Shown: positions 1-13,949, numbered from the stretch's first letter. The stretch is DNA of 64,000 nucleotides from Octopus sinensis (GCF_006345805.1 NC_043005.1:45508001-45572000), one strand, 5' to 3'. Numbers and translations are program-made. Notes: generated by a model not told the origin, from the sequence alone.

Positions 1-453
1 ACTTATTAATATCAGAACATTTGCTAAGGAACAAACACGCAGTCAGTCTTACACGGCAATAAGAAGTGAACCCAAACTTTTGTGCATTCTGAAACATATT
101 TTACCGGTAAGCAAAGGATGAAGGGTTCGATCCTTACAAAGGGTTGTGTGCGTGTGTGTTTCTAAGTTAAAATATATTTCAGTGGTTGGAAATATTACCT
201 GTAAACCTAAAAGTTATTAGATTTTTCCGTCGTCACAGCCAGTCCTCAAAATGTTTTCATATATACAAAAACGAGTATATTCAAAGAGTTGCAAGAATTG
301 TCAGTGATATTTTAGGAGAGAAGAAGAAGGAAAAAACAAAACAAAACAAAACAAGACAAGAAAACAATCTGCTACATTCTTTAGCTGTGACAAAATCAAA
401 ACTAGAACTTGAAAGGTATCGCTGAACACTTTACACTTCTGAATTATATTTTA

Positions 454-523
<70 letters not shown>

Positions 524-956
524 CACACACATATGCATGTGCACCTGGTTTATGTATGCACGTGTAAAAAATTAAAGGAACACGCGCGCGTGGGGATCAC
601 ACAAACACATACACACTAATGCGTGCGCGCGTTCTTCCTCAGAAGTGAGAACTGATACTTGAAAATTGTCTCTAAGACAACGGACAAAACAAGAGAAAAT
701 AGTGTTTTATTGTGAACATTAAATCCTTTTCATTGAAATCATATTATATTTCAATAATACTTCAAATTGAATAATAATATTTACTTAGAAAGCTTATTAG
801 ACTACACGATAAATGTATAAAAAATGCTATGAACTTATCAACACAACTTCCTTTCTAAATACTTCCTAATATAATTATGATTTTATATTAAAGCTTTTTA
901 AAATAAAAATGTTATACAAAAACATACGCGCATATTAGAGTACATACTCCCCCGTA

Positions 957-973
957 CATATATATATATATAT

Positions 974-1026
<53 letters not shown>

Positions 1027-1044
1027 ACAAATATATAAACGTAT

Positions 1045-1079
<35 letters not shown>

Positions 1080-1256
1080 ATATATATATATACACACACA
1101 TATATATATACACACACACATATATATATATAGTTTATACACATTAAATACATTATACACACAAATTGCGCGCGCGCACACACATACGCACACTCATGCA
1201 TGCATGCATGTATGTATGTATGTATGTATGTGTGTGTGTGTATGTATGTATGCATG

Positions 1257-1294
<38 letters not shown>

Positions 1295-1295
1295 C
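957..1295. repeat. compound (TA)n/(CA)n/(TG)n/(TATG)n microsatellite
   Basis: Directly visible; explains the overlapping YI/CV/HT ORFs. Confidence 0.95.
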
Positions 1296-1597
1296 TATGT
1301 ATTCGTTTTATACATAAGCACATACATATATTTATATATACAAATTCTGCAAAACAAAAACTAGCTCATAAAGGGTTAAATAAAAAAAAATAATAAATTA
1401 CCGGAGTTTGAAAAAACTTATAAGTAAAGGAAAATAAGTCAATTCTTTAAAGTTATTTCAGGTAATTGAGTTGATTGGAGTTCTCAAAAGATACTTCTGG
1501 AGAAAACTATAAAAATACAACTGCATTTAAAATGGGGGAAAAACCCGAGAGGGGCGTTCCCGTTTCTCTCAATGAAGAAAATATTTATAAATTTGGA

Positions 1598-1830
1598 TTG
1601 CTGTTTAACCTCAGGTCAGCCACGATCGAGAAAGTATGCAGATAGATTGATAGTTTGGCCCCAGGCCAGCCACGATCGAACAAATCTGTGATCAAAAGCA
1701 CTCCAGTGTGACCCATCCTATCTTTTTTTAGACATTATGTAAACCGGATTATTTTTTCCAATGTGTGTCTGTTTAAACACAACAAAGAAGATTTGACTGC
1801 TATCTCAAGGATGTTAAGTAGTTGAGAAAC
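1598..1830 (+). mobile_element. unclassified ~230-bp dispersed repeat (family F)
   Basis: Shared blocks ttgtttaacc(t/c)caggtcagcc...gatcaaa(a/g)gc(a/g)ttcca...gatttg(g/a)ctgctatttc(t)ag. Diverged copies at ~2925-3125, 3240-3430, 8400-8600, 27375-27610, 42780-42930 (+) and 35470-35660, 37680-37830, 38240-38390 (-). Confidence 0.65.
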
Positions 1831-1947
1831 TAGATGCAACTCTCAGATCCAGTTTTCCAGATATACGAAACTTTCACCTAATAGGGGACTGTATTCACAG
1901 GCATACAATGATTTAGAGTATGGTGTGAAGTATGACTGTTTAGACCC

Positions 1948-2180
1948 ATTTCTTTACTACCCACAAGGGGCTAAACACAGAGAGGACAAACAAGGACAGA
2001 CAAACGGATTAAGTCGATTACATCGACCTCAGTGCGTAACTGGTACTTATTTGATCGACCCCGAAAGGATGAAAGGCAAAGTCGACCTCGGCGGAATTTG
2101 AACTCGGAACGTAGCGACAGACGAAATACGGCTACGCATTTCGCCCGGTGTGCTAACGTTTCTGCCAGCTCGCCGCCTTT
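1948..2180 (-). mobile_element. tRNA-derived SINE, family B (near-consensus copy with 15-bp TSD)
   Basis: Minus-strand A/B-box-like head (ggcgagctggcagaaacgttagc...gagttcaaattcc) and core gcctttcatcctttcggggtcgat. Perfect TSD tgactgtttagaccc at 1933-1947 and 2181-2195. Confidence 0.9.
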
Positions 2181-4235
2181 TGACTGTTTAGACCCGTCAT
2201 GGGCAACCTACGGCCCGCGGAACTTAATGAATGGCACGCCTAACGAAAAGCTACCTTGAATTCCTTTAATAATGCGGCTCGCTTATAAGGATGAGCCACG
2301 TCTCTTGTGGCCTGCTTCTCGTAAAAGGTCGCCAATGAATGCCTAGTTTAGACATCATATTTTCTCCAGTTTGTTCCTGTACGTCCCTAGGTTCGGATGG
2401 TGGTTGCAGTGGTTATGAGCAAAGTGGACTAAGTCAGAGTTCGAACTCATAACCATTGTGTTCATCAACTCTAGGATCTGATCAACGACCATTAATAAAC
2501 TAAGTAAAGTTAGGGCACCAAGGGAAAGGACTACCATAGCGTGTTTGTCACTTTTCCCATACCATACAAATGGTAAATTATAACGGCTTAAAAGACAAAT
2601 AAACAAAAAAATTGTTGAAAATAGGCATTTTTTTCTTGTTACCCTAACATTTTAATATTCTTCAGCTATAATTTAGCACGGTTCTGGCTCACAAGAAAAT
2701 TTAATTTTTAATTTATTAGTTCTCATTTAACACTTATGTTTTGATGTCTTGTCAGTCAATGGAATGGCTAAGGTAGCCCATTAATGGGGGTGTGCTTTGT
2801 GTGACCCTGATTTGCACCAATCTCATGCGATGTGCACACATCCCAGTATAGTGGCAGGGCTAATGCGGATAACGATGCCGCTATTTATGGTGTGTATGGG
2901 AATGGTAGTGTTCTTAGGATAATGTAGTTGTTATTATTTAGTTCCAGGCTAACCCAGAATGAGCAGACATATATAATCAAAGACACTCTAGCCATAACCA
3001 CTTAGTTTTTTTTTTTTTCCTCGGGTTGTATATGTTCAGAACAGCTTTATACGTCTTGACCGCCTGTTCTAGAAGATAGGATTAAATGTGAGAAAAAATT
3101 TGGTTGCTATTTCAAGTATATAATAGTGTTGGGGATGGCTATATGTAAAAAGAGACTATGTATTGGAGCTTGTAGTAACTGTACATTGGGCTCCTCGCAT
3201 ATTCAAATGATCTTTTATTTTGAGTATTTAGGTGTCACCATTGCCGTGACTTAACTCCAAGTCAAACCTGATCGAACAGACCGAAGATCAAAAGCGTTCT
3301 AATCATGACAATATTGTCCTTCTTACAGGCATGTAGGGTTACATGAGCTAACGTCTTTTCTCAGAGTGAGACTAGGATGTAATTTGAAGTTAATTGGCTG
3401 CTGTTTCTAACAGGTTGAGGGACCAAGTAAACGTTGTGTATTAGACAAGAGTCCAAGTGATCAATAAGTAATAGTCTATGATAATTCTTAGTGCCCCGTT
3501 TTTGTTGAGTTTTGAAGTTTGTTGTGATTTGCTATGGAAAAACTGAAGGTCCAAGCAAGGCTTATAATAACGCGAGATGAATCTAAATGTTGTCAAATAC
3601 ATAATAAATTAACATTATTGATTCTTTTATTAATTTAGATTTGTGAGCAGGGTGACAGGTGTCACGAATCAAGGAAATATGAACAGGAAAGGGTCATAAG
3701 ATCAGATATAACAATATCGGAAAAGAAAGCAGATATTGAAGTAGCAACTGAATAACCACCCGCAAAACAACCGTTCGCAGTGAATTCAGAACGCATTTTC
3801 TATCAGCACAATCTTTCACACTATTCATTAATCATTAATTTACTAATGAGGCTAATGTAATAAACATGTTTAGATAGGTTTTAAAATGTATCTAAACGGC
3901 ACGTTATTTTCTTCGTCTGACACACACGCATATTTTTTTTAAATGCTTTCCTAGCATGCACCACATCAATATTTAACTGTGCAATATTATAAAGTTAACT
4001 TTTCTACAAGGCATGTTCACAATTATACGAAGCTACATATGCAGACAGCTGGAATCTCTCTAATCTAGTGAACAAGTACACACACGCTCATGCGTATATA
4101 TATATGCATGTGTGTGTGTGTGCATGCGTATTATATACACAGGTGTGTGTTTGTGTGTATGCGTGTGCTCGAAAATATGTGCATGTTTTTTTTTATGTGC
4201 ATGCGTAACACGTGAATAAATATATTTGAGTGCGT

Positions 4236-4271
<36 letters not shown>

Positions 4272-5313
4272 CACAAACGCACATTCTTGTATAGTCACAC
4301 ATAACATACGTAGATGAACTGAAAAGAATATGTCTTTGGTCAACATATCACATCACTGCAAGTGGTTGTACAGACGTGTAAAAAAAATCTCAGTCAGCAG
4401 CACTGACTATTATTACAAGATTACATATGAAGAAAGACATGCTGATAACAAACACAGACCAACAGTTACTACACCCTATTATTCCGTCAATGCAAGCTAC
4501 TTTCTCTGTTTTCCATTTAAAATACCAAGTTGAAGCCAACTATGTGTATCTCATCAGAACCAGACTTCACTAAATTCTACAACTTATTATTATGATTATT
4601 ATTATTATTAAAGATCATTGAATGCCGACAGACATAACTATTTATCAATTATATTTAAATCCTTAAAAAGATAAGCGCCGAAGCAAGTTAACCAAATGCA
4701 GTAGTGCATGTTGGCTCCACATTTCCCTTAGGCTATTTCAGACAGATCTCTAGTAAAATAAATAATCCCACTTGTTAATAACCAGATAGGTGGTAGTAGC
4801 TGATGCGAATTTTCCACTAAATACCAATGCACTGCTTTTCACTGACTACTAACTTACTGTAAGCTATTGCATAAGAAACTCGATGTTAAAAGTCTAAACA
4901 CGAGAAAAGCAAGCAGCTGTTATGAAACTCAATTGCTAAAAATATCGTGTGAATTATTACGGTTTAAAAACAATAGATAAATTTTAAGTGTAAGCATTTA
5001 GAAAAATAAAATAATAGATTAAGACATAAAACCAACTTAAAAAAGCAAAAATTGCTGATGTAGACGGGGAGAGGGTTAGTAAAGTTGAATTGCAGGTCTT
5101 ACAGTAGTGGTAACTTGTATATTAATGAAATGAGAGTTCCCATGCAACCGATTACTAACTAAAGTTTAATCAGTTAACTGGTGCATACAGATGTCTGCAA
5201 TCAACACAGCAAAACAAACTTTATATTAAATAACAATATTTTCTACTGCTTCCATACACTAAATGGATATGATATAAGGGGGATACGTTAACAGATCCAA
5301 CAGCAATGGACTG

Positions 5314-5366
<53 letters not shown>

Positions 5367-6353
5367 TGTTTCAAGCATTCCCTTTAAGTTAGATACATCT
5401 GGCTTTTAGCTAAGTCCAAAGACAAATCGGAACTAAATTTATCCTAAATTCCTCGAATTACAGAAATAGCTAGACAGTAAGGAGTTGATCAGCTGAAAGG
5501 AAAGGGTGGGGGGAGTCTTATTTCCACTATCGAATAAACAGTCTAAGAAGTAACTTATACAAATTACAACAATCTAATAGGAATGTTAACTCTTAATCAT
5601 AACTCATTTACCATAAATAATAGAGAGAAAAAGAAAATGAATGAGATAATTAGTCAACTATATTTTTCTTAACGTTTAAATTCTTGCAACTCGTAAAAGG
5701 AACTCAATCTATTATCGATTAACTCTAAAGATTAATAACAAACTGAGAGAGACGTTTTAAATTTTAAGAAACACGATCCAGAACTATTTCCAAAACTGTT
5801 TGAGAAAAAAGTTTGTTGAAAAGGTCCGGCATATGCCATACTGCAACTGCTTTTTATAGAAACACGTAGTAAAATAGAGATCTGGGAGAGAACTGGGATA
5901 AGAACTAATATAATAGTGACTTTATTAATCTAAATAAACTTCGAAGCACTTGAAAACGTAATTAATCTAAAAGATAGAATTTTTCCGTACATCGACCTCA
6001 CCGCTCCGCCAAAAATTATCACAGGTCAAAGTGACCTAGAATGGCTTTCATAATAGATTACAAAAGCAGGAAGTTGTATATAAATATATTCTCAATTTAT
6101 CTTTTTAAAAACAGGTTCTCTTCAGAAAAAAAAAAAAAAGATTTGAAAAAAGCAAAATAGAAGAATACAAGAAAGGCGAAGTGGGTGAATTTTTATGAAG
6201 AAACCAGAAGCAGATAAATCCGACAGATCACAGACAGCCGCCAACAATTGGATTCGCTAGGGTGTCTGGCAACACATGCAACATCAGAGAAGTTGTTAGG
6301 AAGACAACGAATAATATAGGTCACACTCATCCATCTTCACCACTGACTCCAAT

Positions 6354-6354
<1 letters not shown>

Positions 6355-6397
<43 letters not shown>

Positions 6398-6432
6398 AAG
6401 AGAGAGAGAGAGAGCAAATGAGAAAGAGAGAG
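6355..6432. repeat. (GA)n microsatellite
   Basis: Directly visible. Confidence 0.95.
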
Positions 6433-9000
6433 GAAGGATAACAAGTGTCTGACTGAAGAGAATGAGAGAGGAGTAACAAGTGTTTGTGATATAGAAATTC
6501 TTGTGAAATTGGTACTCTTTTACGAAAAGGGGTCCTGCGACGTGATTAGCAATAGATATATCGGTTTGAACCTTAGAAATCAAGGCAATGCGAATTTTAA
6601 ATGTTACCATCTGTTAAGTGTTCTGCGTGGCGAAGAATATAAACAAACCTTAAAACGACCAATAAGGGAAAGGCTCAAATTAGAACTATGCACAATATGA
6701 AACAACAGCGAAGCAGAAGTAAACACATCCAAGAATAAGACAAATATTTAGAGAAATTTTATCCCAATTATTCAGGTTAGCTGTTTGAAAGCTATGTTAA
6801 TAGGAATTCCGACAAATATAAAATAATGTCAAAATCATAAAAAGAGAATCCAAAAGCTACAGAGGGTAATTATTCGAACATCCTAGATTTGTTTATAATC
6901 TAGGATGAAAACCAGGTTGTGTTGTCAGGGATAAACAAAATAATCTGATTAGTGGTGGTGGCCAGGCAAAAGTTAACACTTTTGCACTTTCTGTTGATAG
7001 TGCTCTCTGTTCAACCACCACCTAACTAAACGAAAAAAAAATTGACATGCTTCATGCGACCCGCTAATATAGCATACTATCAGACATGTCATAAAACCTG
7101 GTTTTCCGTTTTATTCGATTTTCCTCTATCTCCAAACTAGGTTGGTAAGTCTGTTCATAGAATATTTAGCAGAAGAACTTAGTCTAATGTCCTTTTCTTT
7201 GCACTAAATAGTATTCAAGGTGAGAAAAATTAGGCGACATGAGGTCAACAGAGTACTTAAGAGAACCTGGCACACACACACACACCGCCACACACACGCA
7301 TGTTTAACGTGTGTGTGTAGGACATTTCTTTCAAAGACTGAATTATCACACAAAGCATTTTTTTTTACGACAAACTGCTAATAACAAAAATAAAAAAACA
7401 ATAAAGCAGAAAATAATCATTCTTTTCTTTGTATTACTGTTTTATTGAAAAGCAACATGGCTTTTCAGACATACCATGTATTCTTTCTCTGCAGGGCATT
7501 GGCATTACATACGAGATCTGGGCCGACAGCCTTAATTAAACATATAACGAAATAAAAAGTAAATAATTACCGGTAAAGGCTCATTTTCACCCCTTGTTTA
7601 GGGCTAAACTGACGAGAGGCGACGATTTGTAAGGTTCACATTAGGAATCATTCCAACAGGTAGGGTTGAACACAACTCCGGGTGGGTGGAGCACACCAAA
7701 GGAGGGGGCCTTAAGGTCCGTAATGGCAGTCACAGGGGGCGGAGACACTATTTACAGTACCATCACACACTGAAAAACCAATAATTATCCAGACGTATAC
7801 TACAGAGCAGATCACCGAGCATTTAAATAATTTATGGATTTTTAAGAATTCGGAGACATCAAAATTTGAAAGGCAGACGTGAATGGCAAAATTCAGCCAA
7901 ATTTCGAATTGAAAACATTGCGTTGATTCATTTGTAATTTTCTTTAATCCAGTTGAAATGTTTTAGTTATCTTAAGAATAACGAGCATATATATACATAT
8001 ATATATATATTCTTGGCAGGTTTGGTCGATTCTTTTGTCTTTCTTCAAAGATCAATTTACAAGAAGGTTGTTGAACGAGAGATGTTTCTGTTGAATATAC
8101 AAAATAAAATTTTAGTCGGATAATAGGAGATCCTAGAAATCATCGTGATATACTTTTCTTAAGGCAAAATAAGGCTGAATATCTTTTTCAAAAATATATA
8201 TATAAGGGTATTCTTAATCGAACAGGTTATTTCAAGAGCTAGCAATCAGTTCTTATTCATTGCTAGAAAATAAATACCTGTATCCGAAAAAATGCGTGCG
8301 TGTTCTGAAAGATTTGTAAACAAACAGTGTTCCAGACAGAGGGGTGGTGGAGTTACAGACGGTAGACGTGAAAGGGGAAACCGCTTTGAAATTGGAGTAG
8401 ATTTGTTGTTTAGCCCAGTCAGCCGTGAATGAGTTGACCTATGATCAACGGCGTTCTGACCATGACCACCCCGTATTATTTTCAGACATTGTATATCTAG
8501 GACTGCGTTGTCCAATGTGTTCTTCTTTGTTTAATACGGTAGGGTATGCTTAGAGGGGAATTTGGGTGCTATTTCTAGCACGTCGACCGACCAGGGTGGA
8601 AATAGTTAATAAGACTAAAAACGACCCGAGCCATTTTAGAAGGACAGAGTAAATGTGTATGTAACTAAAGCATTTTTAGATTTGCTCGACATCAACATGT
8701 GGGTTTGTGTACATCTGCTCGTACGTCTGAATAAGCGGGAGACCCCAAAGGAGAACCCCTCGTATCGATTAAAAAAAAAAACAAGGTCAGTCAGTTGCGT
8801 GTGTGTGTGTGTGTGTTCGTATGCATATATGTGTGTGTGAGAGTGTGTATAGTAGACACTGAAAGAAATGAGATAAAGAAAACACAGCGTGTGAGTGTGA
8901 GAGAGAATTCCTAACAGAAGTTCCAACGATAATCCCAGTCGATGTTGCCGTGTAATAAAGCATTGGTGAGAACCTGAATCCGTGGTGCAGATATCCTTAA

Positions 9001-9100
9001 GGGGGGCAGCCAGCTCCGCCCGTCGGGCTCAGACACTGTGACGTCATAACGCCGTCAGCGCCATCTTGGTTAACAGCAATTGGACTGTGGCAGTTGAATT
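9001..9100. promoter_or_regulatory. CpG-rich promoter-like motif cluster
   Basis: GC box CTCCGCCC 9014-9021, full CRE TGACGTCA 9039-9046 and YY1-type CGCCATCTT 9059-9067 within 55 bp, in unique sequence of an otherwise CpG-poor window. Confidence 0.55.
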
Positions 9101-9728
9101 GCTGGTGTGCAGCAAGTGCTCGCTCTTTCTCACTCTCTCTCTCACTCACTCACTCAACTGCCGCCAGTACAACTTCACTATACTACTAATACGCTACTAG
9201 CAAAAATAACTGCTACATTAGTAGCAGTAGTAAAGAATAGCCACTGTATTCTTTCGTGCAAGAGAACCTGAGCACTTTTTTTTTAAAATTATTTCCTCAA
9301 AAAAAAAAAAAAACCGTCTTCAACAACAGAGTGGTTACACACGTCCGATCAATTTGTATATAAAAAAAAAGTGTAATCGCATCGCTGTGTGGAGAGATAA
9401 GAATCTAACAAGGAAACACTTGTTTTAAGAAAGACATGTATTCTCGGCTACTAAGTAAAAATTAATTGATTACATACCAGACTTGTTGACATGAGTTTTG
9501 TTCTTTTTTTTTTCCTTTAAACCTAAGCTAATTAATTAGTAGTGCTTGGCTGGTTGCTTTGGTATTCTATAACAATAACTATAGATTGTTATAACTACCT
9601 TAATGCTGGTTTGTTGTTCTTTGTATATATAACTATTACACGGGCTTTTCAGTGAGACAAAATAATATCACACACAGCCGGTCGTTTTCATACAAACATT
9701 TAAAAACAAAAATAGTAATTTTACTTAC

Positions 9729-9776
9729 CTGTCCATTGTCAATATTCTCCAATGCAGAGGATTAAGGAAAATAGTC
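9729..9776 (-). other. candidate 48-nt exon of an unidentified minus-strand host gene
   Basis: Acceptor (T)12-cgtaaatcattccatctcAG and donor AG|GTAAGT. One open frame (TIFLNPLHWRILTMD) containing ATG GAC AG at its 3' end; no recognisable homology. Confidence 0.3.
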
Positions 9777-12274
9777 CTGAGATGGAATGATTTACGAAAA
9801 AAAAAAAATGCCCCCGACCCTGCCGGTAAATATCAACACCCTTTTAAAGCATGTGGGGTTGCAGGTTATAGAAAGACATGTATGTATATATACATACATA
9901 TATATATATATATGTATATATATAACTTAATCAACAAATAAAGGCGTCGCCGTCATTTTAGGGGAAGGGAGAGAACTCCACCCACATTGTGTAGGAAGCA
10001 GACAGTTCTACCCTGGTTAAACTAAATCTGTATCAGGCTGTTTTCTGAAAGGCTTTCACTAGAAAATTGACAGGGTACTACTTGCCGATGAAATGTGCCT
10101 ACCAGTTAGCTAAAGCACAACTATCTTCTCTATCTGTTAAGCTACACTGATGCAACTTACAAATCTTACTTGAGTTATAAATTTAATTGAAATCATTTTT
10201 TTTTCTTATTTTATAATATTTTTCTTGCTAATTTCCTTCTCGTTATCATTAATTTATACCAAATACGTAATAGCTAAGAAATGGGAGGAGCATAAAACAA
10301 GTACTACTTTTTTCTTCCTCCCCTTTAAATTTTTAATCAGGATATCTAATTCTCAATTAATGGTTATTTCTTTATTTCTGTTTTGTTTCTTTCTAAGCTA
10401 ATTTTTAAGATGGAGAGGTAATAATAAAGGTGCTACCCACCACCTTTCTGGATGCTTCCATCTACTACTTAACTGTTCACATAAAACAATAATGGAATAA
10501 ATATGTACCCATAAAATCTTATCTAGTAGATAAATATTCATTTCCATATAGATACTGAAATATCCTAACACATTTTTCAATTTCTTCAAGTATTTTTACA
10601 ATATATATTTCAAGTTTTTCTACCTTTAACACCTACGCATACACACACATATATATTAAAAGAATTATTTTTAATTTAGAAGTAGAATTTCATCAATTAG
10701 AAGTATATTCACATTGAGTTAAAAACAATAACTTGGTTATAATTTGCATCACGCTACATAAAAAAAAGCCTTTATTAAAAAAAAAACTTGTGAAAAATAT
10801 GTAACATTTTCAAGTTTAAATAACTTGTTTAGTAAAGAAAGGTGACAACTTCTAGCAATATTTAGTTATATAGCTGATGTATGATTGTACATAAACCTCT
10901 ATCAATCCACAAAGAATCACATACTACAGGTGATTGAAAGTAATTATAATACCTTGATGTGTCTATGTGTATAGCTTGTGGTAATTTTACATTAGTTCTA
11001 AAATACTAATGAGCCTATATTATGATAATTGTCTGTTGGTTAATATTTTTCTCTTTTCTAAAGGAATTTTTGTATGTAGTGATACTAAATTTAGTTTCCA
11101 ACATAATAAATGGTAAACAGATTTAAAGCAAATACAAAAGAGCTTGCAGACTAAATGTAAATGCTTTCATATTATAAATGGTGGGTTTGAATATTGTAAA
11201 ATATTTCTGTGAATAGTATGCTTATAAAATATTTTTTAAATATTGATTTTTTAATTTTAGGTCATTGCACAAGGAAAAGAAGAACGCATGAGACTTTTAC
11301 AAAGAAAAAAAATTTAGCATCAGAAGATGGATAGAAATTTCTTATTTATTTTATGCTTTATATATTTTAATGTTTTTTTTTTAAATATCTTCTTCATATC
11401 AATGTGAATTGTATTAAACAGATATAGTTAATCACCAGTTTCCATGTCATGATAAGAGGATTGAAGGGGGGAAAAAAAAGCCAGGAATCTCTCCGCCATC
11501 TCATTCTGCCATTGCAAAACTGAATTATTAATTCGCCATGATTGAAAGGCTAATGAAAATTATTAACATCAGCATATAATGAACATCATTTGAATGCTAT
11601 GACGAGTAAAAATCACAGCACTAAATCTATTACATAAATATACAGGAATATTTCTAAAGTTATAACCGCTAGTTCAGTAATTTTTTCTTATTAACAGAGA
11701 TGTTAAGTTTCCATTAGCTATATCTTTAACTATAAAAAAGAAGATTAGATAATATTTCAAATATGTGTTTTAAATAAACATAATAATAAAAAAAAAAACA
11801 TACAAGAAGAAAATCTACAAAGCATTGAATGAGGTTAAATACATTTGTTCACCACCTACATGATTTGTATACCACCAGTATTATAACAATAAAAATGCTT
11901 TGTGCTTTCACATGTGAAAAACATTTTAAGTTAAGATTATTATAAGACTGTATAATATCTACAAAACAATTCTCTACTGTTGGGAATATTCTTTAAGGTT
12001 ATTTTTAGTCATCTTCTACATAGACACATGCATTGACTAGTATACACAATTAATTTTCCTAGTAATTACATGCATCATTATAATTTAACTTGAAAATAAT
12101 CAAAGAAAACTAATGTTAGTCTGCTTCAAATATAGACAAGGCAGTAAAAGTAAAGAAGGGAGATTTGTTGCTATGCCTTGAACAGAATAAATATCTACAA
12201 TTTCAAATATAGATATTCTTTATAGATTGAAGGGTTCTTCTTGGAAGGATATTTTGACTGTAATCTATAAATAC

Positions 12275-12366
12275 AGTAAAATGATTAAAAAGTGAGAATT
12301 AAATGAGGTGAAATCTATAAATACAGATTTTACTTAATTTAATTCTCACTCTTCAATCATTTTACT
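12275..12366. repeat. 42-bp inverted repeat (long hairpin, 8-nt loop)
   Basis: Arms 12275-12316 and 12325-12366 pair with 3 mismatches and 2 G-U wobbles on the + strand (checked base by base). Confidence 0.9.
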
Positions 12367-13344
12367 ATAAGAACTTTAAGAACTCAATATAATTCACACA
12401 TACCATTTGATTTTATGACACTCTGTAAGTTAGAACTAAAACTTTTGATATTTCTGTCTTTCATTTCCCCTCCTGCAAATTTGAAACTTCAGACCAAGTC
12501 AAAAGAAATAGATACTTGATTTGAGCATGAAGAGCAAAGTTCAAATTCTATCAATTTATTCTGTTCTTCTGGCTTCTTTCTTTAAGAATATTAACATTTG
12601 AAAAGAGAATGTTAAGGAGCATAAGATAAACGCTTAAAAAAATGCTTAGGCCATAATGCAGTTTTGATTCTTGGTTACTAACGACAACAAGAAATGCATC
12701 AATGTTAAAATAGCTCATGTGAAACAGCAGATTTAAACAAATAATCTACAGACAGATGCATTATCCACTGGGCCATTTTGCTACATTTACTGTAGAATAA
12801 AATAAATAATAAAAAGTAATGTAGATATACAAATCATTCTTGTTTGTTTCATGGTGACACAACTGATCCATAATGTCAGTGAACACTGTAGAGTAAAAGA
12901 TAAGCTCTTGACATTTCAAAGAATGTATTGGTAAAATGACGAAGTGGATAAGGTACTGGACTGCTGACCCATGGGTCATGAATTCAAATATGCTGCTAGT
13001 GTTTAGTTGTGTGTTCTGGAATAAAACCATTAAATGATAGCTTGTCTCAGTTTCCTTAGTTCTTGAGCTATGGAAACTATACTTTAGAAACTGTACTTTA
13101 GAAATAGTTATCAATCACAGACCTCTTGACTACCAACTGCAACATAATTTAGAATTAATAAGCTGCTTTTTGCCTAAATCTTTTACTAGTTTTAAGCTAA
13201 TAGGTTGCTGTCATGTTGGAATGCCCACTTCCAAAGGGTTTGGTCACTCAACACAATCCCAATACTTACTTTTGAGCCTCAGCAGAGGATGAACTGCAAA
13301 GAGAGCCAGGCATAAAGGGAGGCAATCGTGATAGCTTGAACTAA

Positions 13345-13560
13345 CCTTTCTATTATATAGGCACAAGGCCTGATATTTGTGGGGAGGGGGCTAGTCAGTT
13401 ACATCAATCCCAGTGCTCAACTGGTGTTCATTTTATCGACCCTGAAAGGTCGAAAGGTAAAGTTGACCTCGGCGGAATTTGAACTCAGAACTAAAGCGAG
13501 ATGAAATGCTGCAAAGTATTTTGTCTGGAATGCTAACATTTCTACCATCTTGCTGCCTTA
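13345..13560 (-). mobile_element. SINE family B, alternative 3' tail
   Basis: Same head and core as 1948-2180 but with tail ...caggccttgtgcctatataatagaaagg. Similar copies at 20035-20245 and 52962-53178. Confidence 0.8.
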
Positions 13561-13713
13561 ACAGCTTGAAATAATAAAAGGGCTTGCTGTTTGATACATT
13601 TTTTTTGCCTTCCCAAACCATGATATACCTGTAGGTGTATATATAAATGTGTGTGTGTGAGTGTGCGTGTGTTTGTGTATGTGTTTGTCTGTGTGTGTAT
13701 TGTACAGTATATA

Positions 13714-13949
13714 CAGGGTGGCCCAAATGTAAGTTTACATTTATTCAACTATCTCTTTCGCATTCATATATTAATAGTTTAGATCTTATTTTATAAAAAT
13801 ATATGGAACCATTATTCTATGCTAATTTAGTTAATTTTGTCAAGCTCCCTTTTCAGTTTGTAAGATAGAATTTTATTTGTAATAAAATATTTTAAAAGAA
13901 ATTTAAAGTGCCTACTTGATAACTGTAAACCTACTTTTGGGCCACTCAG
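13714..13949. mobile_element. Tc1/mariner-type MITE
   Basis: TIR cagggtggcccaaa(a/t)gta(g/a)gtttaca with TA flanks. A second copy lies in the opposite orientation at 54750-54965. Confidence 0.85.

Noticed and set aside
898-1393. ORFs rich in YI/CV/HT dipeptides (also 18101-18446, 23716-24430, 40929-41462, 48198-48810, 59172-59913 and others)
   Set aside because: Read-through of stop-free di- and tetranucleotide microsatellites; not genes.
1402-1496. Minus-strand segment with good acceptor and donor
   Set aside because: Closed in all three frames and no supporting context; shows that such signals occur by chance here.
3260-3300. CTGATCGA in family F repeats as another hammerhead core
   Set aside because: No stem II-GAAA-stem III-UH arrangement follows.
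11261-11317. Plus-strand acceptor followed by VIAQGKEERMRLLQRKKI*
   Set aside because: Too short, no recognisable homology, and no compatible upstream coding exon found.
12761-13114. 117-aa minus-strand ORF
   Set aside because: No family resemblance; overlaps a decayed tRNA-SINE-like head on the plus strand (~12940-12990).
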